Under the pieces are notes generated by a model. The model saw only the letters and a list, made by a program, of their open reading frames with translations, did no database searches and had not been told where the DNA came from. DNA of 64,000 bases from the NCBI GenBank assembly GCA_944391075.1, contig CALXSG010000003.1, forward strand, positions 22,767 through 86,766. The letters are read 5' to 3'. Made by a program: the position numbers and the translations under genes. Positions within the stretch are counted from its first letter, which is position 1, and every line of letters starts with the position of its first letter. This DNA comes from an uncultured Rickettsiales bacterium (GTDB taxonomy: Bacteria; Pseudomonadota; Alphaproteobacteria; Rickettsiales; UBA1997). This document shows positions 1-11,600 of the stretch, one piece after another.

Positions 1-1
1 A

Positions 2-133
2 TATATTTCAAACAGCAAAGTTAAATATAAAGTTTTATTAGGTCCATATTCTAATAAAAATACAGCTGAGAAAGACTTAGAGAAAGTAATAAAAACAGGA
101 CATTATGATGTTTATATTACAGAAAAGAAGTAG
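2..133 (+). CDS. 3' end of a SPOR-domain protein (gene begins upstream of the window)
   Basis: The frame is open from the window edge to TAG at 131-133. The translation ...KVKYKVLLGPYSNKNTAEKDLEKVIKTGHYDVYITEKK fits the SPOR repeat pattern (xVQLGxFxxxxNAxxxxxxLxxxGYxxxI). Confidence 0.5.
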   Translation, partial: YISNSKVKYKVLLGPYSNKNTAEKDLEKVIKTGHYDVYITEKK

Positions 134-764
134 TTTATTATTAATATTATTATTTTTTTTATCATCATGCTATTTCTTTATGCCAATAGAACCAATAGCA
201 AGAATAGATGATGAATTTTTACTTGAATATGGAAGAGAAGTTCAGCGTGCAAAAAGAAAATATTACAAAAGTTTAGCCGCAGCAAATTATAATGGAGAAG
301 TTGATTTTAATAAAACGGCTTATGGAAAATTATTACAAGCAGAAAGAGATTTTATAGAGCAAAATGCAAAAAACAATCCATTTCAAAAAATCAATACAAA
401 ACAGAGTCAGTTTAATAATAAAGTTGAATATTTAACTTATAATACAGGACCATATAAAGTCTTAGAAAACAATATATTTGATGATATTATTATACCAGAT
501 GATGATTTCCAATACTATAATTTAGGACAAAAAGATTTTAATGAAATCAATAATATAGAATTACAAGAAGCATATGATTATTTATACTTAATTAATCAAG
601 AAATAGCTAGACAAATGGAAATTGCTAAGTTGAGAGCAGAAGAATTAAAGAAGACACAAAATATACAAACACAAGAAACAACTATTATTGATAAAACTAG
701 AGAGAATTTAAAAAGCTTAACAGACCGTTTAAAGGGTTTAATAAGTACTACTACATCAAATTAG
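105..764 (+). CDS. hypothetical lipoprotein
   Basis: 219-aa ORF. The N-terminus MMFILQKRSSLLLILLFFLSSC has a signal peptide plus a lipobox-like L-S-S-C. I recognise no family. It overlaps the upstream SPOR gene by 29 nt. Confidence 0.5.
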   Translation: MMFILQKRSSLLLILLFFLSSCYFFMPIEPIARIDDEFLLEYGREVQRAKRKYYKSLAAANYNGEVDFNKTAYGKLLQAERDFIEQNAKNNPFQKINTKQSQFNNKVEYLTYNTGPYKVLENNIFDDIIIPDDDFQYYNLGQKDFNEINNIELQEAYDYLYLINQEIARQMEIAKLRAEELKKTQNIQTQETTIIDKTRENLKSLTDRLKGLISTTTSN

Positions 765-771
765 TATATAT

Positions 772-1380
772 TTATCTTACAATATCAAAAATAGTTTTTC
801 TTATATTACTAATTCCAATATTGTCTCTACTACTTGCATAAAGAACTTCACTGTATAAAGCAGTATGTTGTTTGAGAATATTATTAATTTCGCTAATCCT
901 TTTTTCTAATTCATTTTGTTTGATTTCATCGATTTTTGTTAGAATAATTTGATATAAAACACCTCTTTTATCAAGAATATTCATCATTTCATTATCGTTG
1001 TCTTTAATGCCATGCCTACTATCTATCAATAAAAAAACTCTTTCTAAATTTTTTCTACTTAATAAATAACTAAAAATTAAATTGTTCCAATTCTCAACCT
1101 CATTGCGCCCTGCCTTTGCATAACCATAACCTGGCATATCAACTATTGTTAATCTATCTTTTATTTGAAAAAAATTTAATTGTTTTGTCCTTCCAGGAGT
1201 TTTTGATACTATTGCAATTTTAGAGTTAGTAATAGCATTTATTAAACTTGATTTTCCAACATTAGAACGTCCAATAAATGCAACTTCTTTTATATTATTA
1301 ATCGGCAAATCTCTCTCGCTAAGTGCTCCAATTTTAAAAGTTGGAGGATTCTTAACAAAAAATTCATCAAACTTATTCAT
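772..1380 (-). CDS. engB: ribosome-biogenesis GTPase EngB/YihA
   Basis: GRSNVGKSSLINA (G1), DMPGYGYA (G3) and TKID (G4) motifs. Length is 202 aa. Confidence 0.9.
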   Translation of the reverse strand: MNKFDEFFVKNPPTFKIGALSERDLPINNIKEVAFIGRSNVGKSSLINAITNSKIAIVSKTPGRTKQLNFFQIKDRLTIVDMPGYGYAKAGRNEVENWNNLIFSYLLSRKNLERVFLLIDSRHGIKDNDNEMMNILDKRGVLYQIILTKIDEIKQNELEKRISEINNILKQHTALYSEVLYASSRDNIGISNIRKTIFDIVR

Positions 1381-1383
1381 AAT

Positions 1384-2670
1384 CTATTCCTTCCATTTAA
1401 GAGAGTCTAAACTACCGCAATTATTACACTCGGGTTGCCATTTTAAATACTCTCTATTACAAATATTACATTTCCAACAAGGATTTTTTAAAGTTAAAAT
1501 TCTTTGTTTTAAATTATTTATGAGTGCAGAACTTCCATTATCTTCTTTTTCTATTTGTAATATAACTTCATATAGTTCTTTTGTTTCATTAACCTCTTCT
1601 GCTAATTTTGCATATTTTCTGGCTTTTGAATAAATTTTTTGTTTTAAATATATTTTAGCCATCAATAAATTACTTTCAAAACTCTTTGTATTTAAATTAT
1701 ATAATGTTTTATATGGTTTTATTGTATTTAATTCTTTTACAGACATTAAAGATAAATACAATTCAGCAAGTCTTGGATTAGAATTATACTTCCATGTTTT
1801 TTTAATAATATCTATAGCTTTAACTTTTTTACCTAAAGCTATATATGTTTCAACTAACAAAATTATACTTTGAATATTAGTTGAATCAAGTTTATAAGCT
1901 TTTCTTAAAACCTTTTTTGCATTACAAAAATCTTGATTATCATAATAATATTTTCCTAACGCAGAATATAAAAACAATATATTTTCTTTATTTTTACTTT
2001 CAGTATATATACCCGTTGATAGTAGAATATTTAAAATTTTATTTGCTTGTTCCCATTTTTTTTGCCATAAATATACATCATATAAAGATTGTAAAGCTTC
2101 ACGATTTATAGGTTCTATTTTTATAATTTTTTCAGCACATTTTTCTATATCTTGAATATTATGCTCTTGTTTTGCTACTCTTAATTTATTAGACAAAGAC
2201 AATAAATCAACATTTATATTAACACTTTTTATTTCTTTGAATTTCATTTCTGATTTATCAAAATCTCCAGTGGTATAATATATTTGTGATTCCAATAATT
2301 TAGCAAGATTTGTATTATTAAATAATTTATTAGCTTGTTTTAATTTTTTAAGTGCTTCTTTAATATTTTTAGTACTTTTCAAAATAAAACCTTCTGTCAT
2401 TAATTCTATATAATCTTGAAATTTTTGATTATTTTTCTTTTCTATTTTTTTATATTTTTTTAAATTAGGATAAAAAATTATTGTTAACAAGTAAAAAGAA
2501 AGATAACAAAGTAAAATAAGAGCTGTTGCTAAAAACATCAAAAAACCAGCAGTGGTTGATATTTCATAATTAAAAGCTTGAATAATTATATCGCCTTCAT
2601 GACTTAAAACTTTATCAATAAGTATTGATATAAAAACTATAAAAATTATAAATAGTATTTTCTTAATCAT
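1384..2670 (-). CDS. HemY-like TPR membrane protein with C-terminal zinc ribbon (HemY_N/LapB-like architecture)
   Basis: Two N-terminal TM helices are followed by TPR-like repeats. The C-terminus CWKCNICNREYLKWQPECNNCGSLDSLKW is a CxxC..CxxC ribbon. Confidence 0.6.
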   Translation of the reverse strand: MIKKILFIIFIVFISILIDKVLSHEGDIIIQAFNYEISTTAGFLMFLATALILLCYLSFYLLTIIFYPNLKKYKKIEKKNNQKFQDYIELMTEGFILKSTKNIKEALKKLKQANKLFNNTNLAKLLESQIYYTTGDFDKSEMKFKEIKSVNINVDLLSLSNKLRVAKQEHNIQDIEKCAEKIIKIEPINREALQSLYDVYLWQKKWEQANKILNILLSTGIYTESKNKENILFLYSALGKYYYDNQDFCNAKKVLRKAYKLDSTNIQSIILLVETYIALGKKVKAIDIIKKTWKYNSNPRLAELYLSLMSVKELNTIKPYKTLYNLNTKSFESNLLMAKIYLKQKIYSKARKYAKLAEEVNETKELYEVILQIEKEDNGSSALINNLKQRILTLKNPCWKCNICNREYLKWQPECNNCGSLDSLKWKE

Positions 2671-2671
2671 A

Positions 2672-3694
2672 TTATTTATTTGTAAAATTATTAATCATTT
2701 TTTCTACTGTACTATCTAGCAAAGTATATTCTTTTAAATTATTTAATGTATTATTAAAATATTTATTATATTCACTATTATTTTCTAATAAATTTATAAC
2801 ATTTAAATATTCATCTTTTTGCAAATAATCTTCTAATTTTAATAAAAAGTTATCAGCAGAATTTTCATTAGTTTTATTAATTTTTCTAACAACTACAAAA
2901 TTAGATAAAAACTTAGCAAATGTACTATTACTATTTTTTAATATATTATTTTCATTTAAGAAAATTTTTGACTCTTGATTAAAATCATCATTAATTATTT
3001 TTTTATTTACATAATTATCTTCATATTGTTTTAATATAGCAATATTATCTTTCATAGTGCCATCTGTATCAATTGTTTCTAGTTTACTTAAATTATAAGA
3101 ATAACTTTTTCCATTTTGTATATCTTTCTGTATATCTAATAATATTTGAATTTTATTTATATTGCTAGAATCTAAATGATTTTTTTGAATTTCTATAATA
3201 TTTTCTAATTCAACAATTTTATCTTCTAATGTTTTAATATATTCATCATTATAAGATAATTTTTTTTCTAAATCATTAATATTTTCCTGTAAATCTTTTA
3301 TTTTTGAAGAATTATCAATAATTTTTGCATTGGTATTTGTTTTTTTATTATTAGTTTGTATTTTGACTGTATTAACATTATTATTTTTTGTATTTTTTAT
3401 AGATTTTTCGTTATATGCATATAATTTAAAAATAATAATTATTAAAACTATTATAACAGTAGCTATTAGTGCTATTTTTGCATTATAAGTGAAAAAGCTA
3501 ATGTTTTTTTCTTTATTATTTTTATTATTATTTTTTTCACTATTATTTGAATTTTCTTTCTCTTTTTTTAAGTCATCTAAAATTTTTTGATGACTTTTTA
3601 TTTTATCATCATTTTTATTTGTTTCATTTTTTGAAAGATTTGAAGCATCTTTTTCTTTATCTATTTTTTGACTTGCTATTTTTTTGTTTGACAT
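2672..3694 (-). CDS. membrane-anchored coiled-coil protein (candidate HemX/alpha-Mic60-like)
   Basis: 340 aa. It has a K/N-rich N-terminus, a single TM helix (IALIATVIIVLIIIIFKLYAY), a coiled coil (IKDLQENINDLEKKL...LEDKIVELENIIE) and a C-terminal globular part. It is spaced 1 nt from the HemY-like gene. Confidence 0.45.
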   Translation of the reverse strand: MSNKKIASQKIDKEKDASNLSKNETNKNDDKIKSHQKILDDLKKEKENSNNSEKNNNKNNKEKNISFFTYNAKIALIATVIIVLIIIIFKLYAYNEKSIKNTKNNNVNTVKIQTNNKKTNTNAKIIDNSSKIKDLQENINDLEKKLSYNDEYIKTLEDKIVELENIIEIQKNHLDSSNINKIQILLDIQKDIQNGKSYSYNLSKLETIDTDGTMKDNIAILKQYEDNYVNKKIINDDFNQESKIFLNENNILKNSNSTFAKFLSNFVVVRKINKTNENSADNFLLKLEDYLQKDEYLNVINLLENNSEYNKYFNNTLNNLKEYTLLDSTVEKMINNFTNK

Positions 3695-4089
3695 ACAAAT
3701 AAATAATATATTAACTTTTTATAAAATAATAAATATTTTTATTTTTTACAAGTTTTATTTAATTTTATTTATTTTATACATAATTTCATAATCAAATTAC
3801 TAAAATAAAGTATATTTTATATATAATTCTTATTATATCTTATTCTAAATATTATACCAAAAAATATAATATTTAGAATAAAAATATTATTAATTTAATA
3901 ATTTTAATTTAATTAAACAAATAAAATAATATTATATTGTTATATACACCACTAATTTTATAAAAAATATTTTATAGTTCATAAAAACAATATGTTCAAT
4001 AGTATACAATAATACAATTTTTTCTATATTATATTCAAAAATTACTTAAATAAATTAATATATTTTTGATAGTAATCAATAATATAATA

Positions 4090-5358
4090 TTATTTCTTTT
4101 TAATAATTTCTTGTCCACCCATATATGGAACTAAAACTTCTGGAATTTTAATAGAACCATCTTTTTGTTGATAATTTTCCATAATAGCAATGATACTTCT
4201 GCCAAGTGGTAAAGCAGAACCATTTAATGTGTGTAAGAATTTAACTTTTCCTTCTTTATCTCTATATCTAGCATTCATTCTTCTAGCCTGGAAATCACCA
4301 CAATTAGAACAGCTAGATATTTCTCTGTATTTATCTTGTCCTGGCAACCATACTTCGTGATCATATGTCTTCATAGAACCAAAACCTGTATCACCAGCGG
4401 CTAACATTACTATTTGATAAGGAATTTTTAAAGCTTGTAAAATCTCATTTTCAATTTGATTCATTCTTTCGTGTTCTTCTTTTGATTTATCAGGTGTTGT
4501 AATGGAAACCATTTCAACTTTCTTAAAATGGAATTGTCTTAGCATACCCCTTGTATCTTTTCCAGCAGAACCTGCTTCACTTCTAAAACATGATGTACAA
4601 GCTGTAAGCCTTAGAGGTAATTCTTCTTCTGTAATTATTTTATTTGCAACCCAATTAGACATAGTAATTTCAGAAGTTGCAATTAACCAAAAGTTATCTG
4701 TTGTATGAAAAGAATCTTCTGCAAATTTAGGTAATTGTCCTGTACCAAATAAAGCAATTTCTTTAACTAATGGTGGCATAGAAGTTTCAATATAACCATA
4801 TTTTGCTAAAAAATCTAAAAAGAAATTTGATAAAGCTCTCTCTAATTTTGCTAAATCATCTAATAAAATTGTTGAACGGCTACCGTGTATATAAGCTGCT
4901 TGTTCAAAATCCATCATACCTAATTCTTCACCTAATTCATAGTGTGCTTTTGGTGTAAAATCAAATTTTGTAGGTTCTAAATATTTTGCAATAATTTTAT
5001 TATTTTCTTCTGGACCATCTGGAACAATATCTTCTAATATATTAGGTATTCTAATTAATATTTGATAAAGTTCATCAGAATTTTTATCATCTTGTGCTTG
5101 TTTTAATTCATCCATTTGTTTAGCAATCTCGTCAGCTTTTGCCATAAGTTCACTAGCATCTTTCTTTTGAGATTTTAAAATACCAATTTCTTTAGATATG
5201 GAATTTCGTTGAGATTGTAAATTTTGTAATTCTGCTATACTTGCTTTTCTTTTATCGTTTAATTCTATAATTTTTTCGGCTGTCATATTATAGCCTCTTT
5301 TTTCCATAGCTTTATTAAAAGCTTCTGGGTTCTCAACTATCCATTTTAAATCTATCAT
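4090..5358 (-). CDS. serS: seryl-tRNA synthetase
   Basis: N-terminal coiled-coil arm (MIDLKWIVENPE...) and class II core motifs (FRSEAGSAGKDTRGMLRQFHFKKVE, GSALPLGRSIIAIMENYQ). Confidence 0.95.
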   Translation of the reverse strand: MIDLKWIVENPEAFNKAMEKRGYNMTAEKIIELNDKRKASIAELQNLQSQRNSISKEIGILKSQKKDASELMAKADEIAKQMDELKQAQDDKNSDELYQILIRIPNILEDIVPDGPEENNKIIAKYLEPTKFDFTPKAHYELGEELGMMDFEQAAYIHGSRSTILLDDLAKLERALSNFFLDFLAKYGYIETSMPPLVKEIALFGTGQLPKFAEDSFHTTDNFWLIATSEITMSNWVANKIITEEELPLRLTACTSCFRSEAGSAGKDTRGMLRQFHFKKVEMVSITTPDKSKEEHERMNQIENEILQALKIPYQIVMLAAGDTGFGSMKTYDHEVWLPGQDKYREISSCSNCGDFQARRMNARYRDKEGKVKFLHTLNGSALPLGRSIIAIMENYQQKDGSIKIPEVLVPYMGGQEIIKKK

Positions 5359-5499
5359 TTTCTATTTTTTAATTGATAATATAATACAATAAACACAAAT
5401 AAATATTAGTACTAAAAATATTATTGTAAAGTTTTTTTAAAATTTTTTATTTTTTTCTTGCATTTTAATTTATTAGTGTGATAATATATCTATGTCGAC

Positions 5500-5585
5500 G
5501 CCCGCGTGATGGAATGGTAGACATAACAGACTTAAAATCTGTGGGACTTCGGTCCTTGCCGGTTCAAGTCCGGCCGCGGGTACCA
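5500..5585 (+). tRNA. tRNA-Leu (anticodon UAA), CCA encoded
   Basis: Acceptor stem gcccgcg/cgcgggt. Anticodon arm acaga-cuUAAaa-tctgt. Long variable arm, T arm gccgg-ttcaagt-ccggc, then a-cca. Confidence 0.9.
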
Positions 5586-5611
5586 TTAACGTTAACGAAA
5601 ATATAATTGTA

Positions 5612-8600
5612 ATGCGTAAACTTTTACATGTCTTTACATATCTTTTTATATCAATTATAATTTTTATAAGCTATGCTTTATCTGATGGGTATATACCTGC
5701 AGAAGAAACTGGAGAAACAAAATACATAACAATAAAAGCTAAACCCGATGTTATTGTGTCTGGTACTACATATTTAGATTCTAAAAGTTCTCAAATAGCA
5801 ACTTGGGTAGATACAGCTTATAAAACTGATGGAAATGTAGAAGGTTTTTATATGGAAATCACAGGTGGCTGGAATCCTTGGGGTGGAAATTATAATACTA
5901 CTAGTGATTTATGTGCTGTGGCAACAGTCAATAAAAATTCTCCAGAAATTGAAGTTAATGGAGAATTTGATTATATAACATCTTCATATATTCTTCCACC
6001 CGATACTACAACTTTTGACCTAACACCAAGAGCATCTGATGCACAAAAAAAATGTTGGTTAACAGCTGGTAGTGGCTTATACATAGCTTTTTTTGGAGAA
6101 ACTGGTTATATGACACCAGATCTTGCTACACACCTTAAAATGGCCGATATTGCTTGTGATGCTCAATATAGTACAGATAAAAATGGAGATGGAATTTTTA
6201 CAATAGATGAATGCTATGATCCAAGCGATCCAGAAAGAAATAACCAGGCTTATTATGTACCATATAAATCCGAATATATAACAGGAGGAGTTCGATGTGA
6301 TTTAACATCTTTTAAACAAAAACCAGGTGCTGATATTAATAAAATACGCGTATCAGATTGTTTAGAAGAAATAAATGAACAACTTATAAATAGAGCTATT
6401 TTTACTTTTAGAGCTCCATATTTATATAAAGACTCAAAAAAAACAAGAGTACCAAAAAATGAAGTTATCAAATTTACTATATATGATTCATATTATTCTG
6501 ACAATGTTGGGGAATATAATATAAAATTTTATAAAGGAGCTTCCACAGAACAAAAAGAAGGTGTATTTGAAAAAATTATGAAAAGTATTGAATCTATGTT
6601 TTCAATTTCTACAGAAGATAAAAATAATGCAGGCGAAATCATTTTAGATTCTATCGAAGAAAAAAGACAGAGTATTATACAAAAAATAAAAGACAAGGTA
6701 AAAAGTTTTTTTGGAGTTTCTTTATCGGATAAATATTTGTTTAATAATACTAAAATAATTTTATCAACGATTAATTTTAATAACTACAATAATATAAATA
6801 TAAGCTTATTTAGTAATGCCTATGCAGAAAATAATACTACAGAAGAGTCATTATATAGAGATAAAGTTAACTTAATAGGAACTTTCTATAATTATATAGT
6901 TCGTGATAGTGTCTTTACAAATGCTATAAGAATACTTTTAGCTTTATATATATCATTTTTTGGCTTAAATTTAGCTATGGGTAATATTCAATATAGCGTA
7001 AAAGATGCTATGAACTTATTATTAAGATTAACATTTGTTTTAGTATTTACAATGCCAGCTGGATGGGATTTTTATAATAAATATGTTGTTGATTTCTTTT
7101 TATATGCTTTAATGTACACTACTACAACCATTATAAATATAATGAATAAAATATTTGATCCATTCGCATATATTTATATTCCAAATGGAACATCTTTATC
7201 ATCTATATTTATCAATATAGATTCCACTATCTTTTATCTATTTAGTGAAGTTCTTGCTAATAGACTTGAAGCTTTACTTTTTGGACATGGTTGGGGTTTT
7301 ATTATAGTTATATTTATGGTTTTAACAATATTAAATACTATCATTAAAATAACAAATGCTGCATTTCCTATAATAATATCTTATATGGAGTTAGTTTTAG
7401 CTTTAATGTTAGGTCCTGTTTTTATTAGTTTTTATTTGTTCAAAACAACAGAAAGTATTTGTATGAATTGGCTTTCTTTTTTGGGATCAAGATGTTTAAA
7501 TATATTCTTTACAGTTACTATTCTTCTAGTATTTACAGAACTTATAAAAGGTCAATATATAGATGTATTTTCATATTCTATATATAAAACAGATGGTTGG
7601 GAACTTCTATTTTTTAAAGTTTTATTAATTATTTTTGGTATTCTTACTTTTGGTATAGGACCAGCATTATTAAAGTTGTGGGATTTCGTAGTTTATGTGC
7701 CAGATTATACCGGTACAGCAACTAATACATTTTGGACATTATCTGGTAAAGTTCTTGGTATAAATGTCATTTTACAGTTATTTGGAGTAATTACAAAGCA
7801 CTTACCTTCTGTTGTAGATTCTCTAGTTGATATTAAAGGTGGAAAAGGTGGAAAAATGAAAGATATTGTTGGTAATACATCATTATTTCAAACTACAGAT
7901 ATAGCTATTAGTGATGCACTCAGAAGTAAACGCGGTACACCATATCTTAGTTATTTAGAGAGTTATAGTTCAGTTACTGGTGCTATGACTGGAGTTTATA
8001 AACTGGGAAAAAAGCTTTTTGGTGATTCATTTGAAGAAACAATTAACAATTTTAAAAATAGAAAAGAAAGAAAGGAAAATAATGAAAAAACTTATATTAA
8101 CGACAAACTATATGCTGCATCATCAAAAGTAGAAGGTAGTAATTTCAAAGATTTATTCAAAGATAAAGATAAAATGGATGCTTTAGTCAATTCTATATAT
8201 AATAATGAAAAAAATGTAAAATTTTCAGATGATAAAGAAGAAAATCGTAAATTTCATGAACTTAGAAAATATTATATCCTAATGAAAAATGAAGAAAATT
8301 TTGGTAAATATATCCGCGATGAAAAAATAGATTTTGCTTCATTTTTAAAGGATCATCCTGAATTATCACAAGAAGATAGAGAGATGCTTGCTGATTCTAT
8401 TATAACACAAATAAATTTAAATACAGATTTTGATTATTATGATAGAACAAAAGAACTAGCAAATAGGTTAGCAAGCTTTGATCCAGATAAAGCAACAGAT
8501 GAAGAAGCTGAAAAATTAAGAAAAGATCTTGAAGAATTACAAAGATTTAGAAATGATCTTGAGGAGTTAATAATGTTAAAATCCGGCCAAGGAAATAATA

Positions 8601-11600
8601 GTGTAGATTTCTTAATGAGTGGTATAGATTTAGATAGATTTGGTTTATCTGGAGCTAAAAATTTTACAGCAATAGCTGGAATTAATGCATCATCATTTCT
8701 TGGTTTCAATAATGGTGCTGCCAATATATCATCTGGTATGGGTATACAATTATTTCAAAAAGATGATACAAATGATGATAAAGATAATGATAGCGATAAA
8801 CAAAAGATATTACATATGAAAGATGTTAATACCTTCCAAATGAACAATAGTCTTGTTTCATTATTGACAACTAAAATCAATGAAAAAAGGAAACAATTTA
8901 AAGACTTAACGCAAGGTACTTTTGTGTCACGCGAAAGAGATATAAAAAATAAAGAAATCGAAGAAGAAATTAATTCTTTAATATCACAAAGGTCGCTTGC
9001 GCAAAAAAGAGTTTATGATGTTTCAAATAATACCGCTTTGCTTGATGCTTTAGAAAATTTAACAGAAAAGTCCAAAGATTCTGATAATTCAGAGTATAAA
9101 AAATTAGATATTGAAAACTCGAGAGAATTACTTATGAAAGAGTTAAAAAATAGATATAACGTATCTAATTTAAATGATGAAGAGATAGAAAGATTTAATA
9201 ATATAGTTACAGAAGAAGAAAAAATAAAAATAAATACTACAAAAGAGTCTGTTAAAAAAGTAGGTAAGAGTTTAAGTAAATCAAAAGAGGAAGAAGAGCA
9301 AAAATACGAAAAAGAAAAAATTGATTTAGAAAATATGCACAAAAAACATATTGAAGAATATACAAAATATCAAAATAGAAATATTAATATTGTGAATTCT
9401 GGAATAAATGCCATAACCGAAAGTATTCAAAATCAAGAAAAACAAATAAAAGAATTATCAAGCAAAAGTAGTAATGAAAAATGGCTTGATACTGCTAAAC
9501 GTAAACTTGATTTACGAAATAAAAATTCTGAGCTAGAAAAGTCAAAACAAGAACTCGAAAATTTAGAAAAATCAAAAAAAACATTACAAAGATATCAAAA
9601 AATGGAAGAAATTAATATACAACAAGAAAAAGCAGAAACAGAAAAAATAAAAGAAGATAGACAGAAATTGCTTGATACAAAAAAACAAATAGAACTCACT
9701 AATTATAGAATTGATAAATATAGACATATAATTAAGAAAAATGAAAATTTAATAGCAAAAAATAAAGTCAAATTATTATCACCTGAATTAAGTGATAAAG
9801 AAAAAGCTAAATTAATAGAAGAAAATAAAAAAATACAGCAAGAAAATAAAGTTTTAAATAAGAGAATAATTCAACAAAATGAGTTATCATTTAATTATTC
9901 TAAAAAATATAAAATTCAAGATGAGAATTTAAAAAAGGAAAAAGATAGAATTAATAGTCGTTTTTTACAAAAAGAACGAACGAATAAAGCTGCATTAGAA
10001 AGTATTGAGAAAAATAAGGCATATATGGAAATGAGTTTAAAAAAAGCTCAAGAAGAAAAAAATGAAAAAGAAGAAAAAAGATTAAAACAATTGATTAATG
10101 ATTACGATGCATATATTAAATATTATCAAGATGAACAAAAATTTTTAGAAGCTCAGAGGTCAATGTTTAAAAAAGAAGAAGAAAGACAAAAAAAACAACA
10201 TGAAGAAGAATTAAGAAAAATATTAATCTCAGCAGAAAAAGGAATTAATGAAGAATTTATTGTCAAGGAAAAACAAAAAGAAAATGAAGAAATAAAAGAA
10301 AAAACAACTTATGAGTTAATTAAAGATAAACAATTAAAGCTTGCAACTATTAAAAAAGAGTTACGAATAACAAATAATAAAGATTTATTAGCAGAAAAAA
10401 ATGAGATTGAATTAGATTTAAAATATTTAAAATTAAAACAAAAAGAAGAAAAAGTTAAAGAATATATTAATAGGGCAAATGCAAAACAAGCTGAAAAATG
10501 GCAAGAAGCAAATAAACAGCTAGAAAATTTAAAAAGACAAAGAGAAATTGTTAATAGCGAAATTCATAGACGAAAGAATGGCCAAGAATCTATGATATAT
10601 AAAGATATTTCTTTGGATGATTTAAAATTAAAACAAAAAAATCTTGATCAACAATGTCAACAATATGTAGAAAAATGTAATGGATATTATAATGATAAAT
10701 TATTTTTTGAAAATAAACAAAAAGAATTTGATGAACAACGACATTTTTTAGAAGGAAAATATGATTCTAAATTTTTTATTGACGAACATCAAACTAATAA
10801 TAGTTATATATTAGCACATCAAAATTTATTGCAACAAAAAGAAAAAGAAGCAGAATTACAACAAGAAAAAGAAAAATTTGAACTCGAAAAAGAAAGATTA
10901 AAAGTAGAGCAAACAGCTATTTATAAACAACAAGGTTCTCTACAAAAATATGGAACTCCAGTGGAGCAAGCAACTCAAAATTTTGATTTGAAAAAGAAAG
11001 AATTTAAAAATACTGGAGATAGAATAAAATCTTCTATTAATACTTTAATAAATTCTTATGAACAAAATAAGCAGAAAGAAGCTGTTGAAGTAGCAGAAAA
11101 GGAGTTATTAAAATCACAACAACGTGAAACTGTAGAAAATAAAAAAACTACTATAGAATACAAAGAAGAAATTATAAAACTACAAGAGGAAAAAATAAAG
11201 AAAATGGAAGAATATTGTGCAAAATATATAGATGGTTATGAAACAGCTACAAAAGCTTCTGAAACAAAAAATGATTTTGCTTCATTTATAAATGAAACAG
11301 CTTTAACAATAGCTATGACAGAAAAAGGTTCACAATCACTTCTAAATACAATCAAAAACACGCAAATTGTTGATAAAGAAAATAATAGTAGCGATAGTTT
11401 ATATAATGTTTTACAAGATATTTATTTAAATAAAAAAGACAATATGGAACAGAGCAAATTAGAAAATGCTTTAACAAATTTAATACAAAAATCATATGAT
11501 AGCAATAGTGATACTCTCAATACAGAGGCATTAGTATCTGATAATAAAAAATTATTTCAAGCCACAATGCAAAAAACAGTCAAAGAAAAAAATGATTTTG

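Noticed and set aside
3841-3880. A perfect 16-bp inverted repeat, tattctaaatattata-ccaaaaaa-tataatatttagaata, in the 395-bp spacer between serS and the coiled-coil gene.
   Set aside because: It is an A/T-only palindrome in an almost pure A/T spacer. It could be a weak serS terminator or an operator, but there is no T-run and no second copy. It cannot be distinguished from chance or AT-slippage structure without data.
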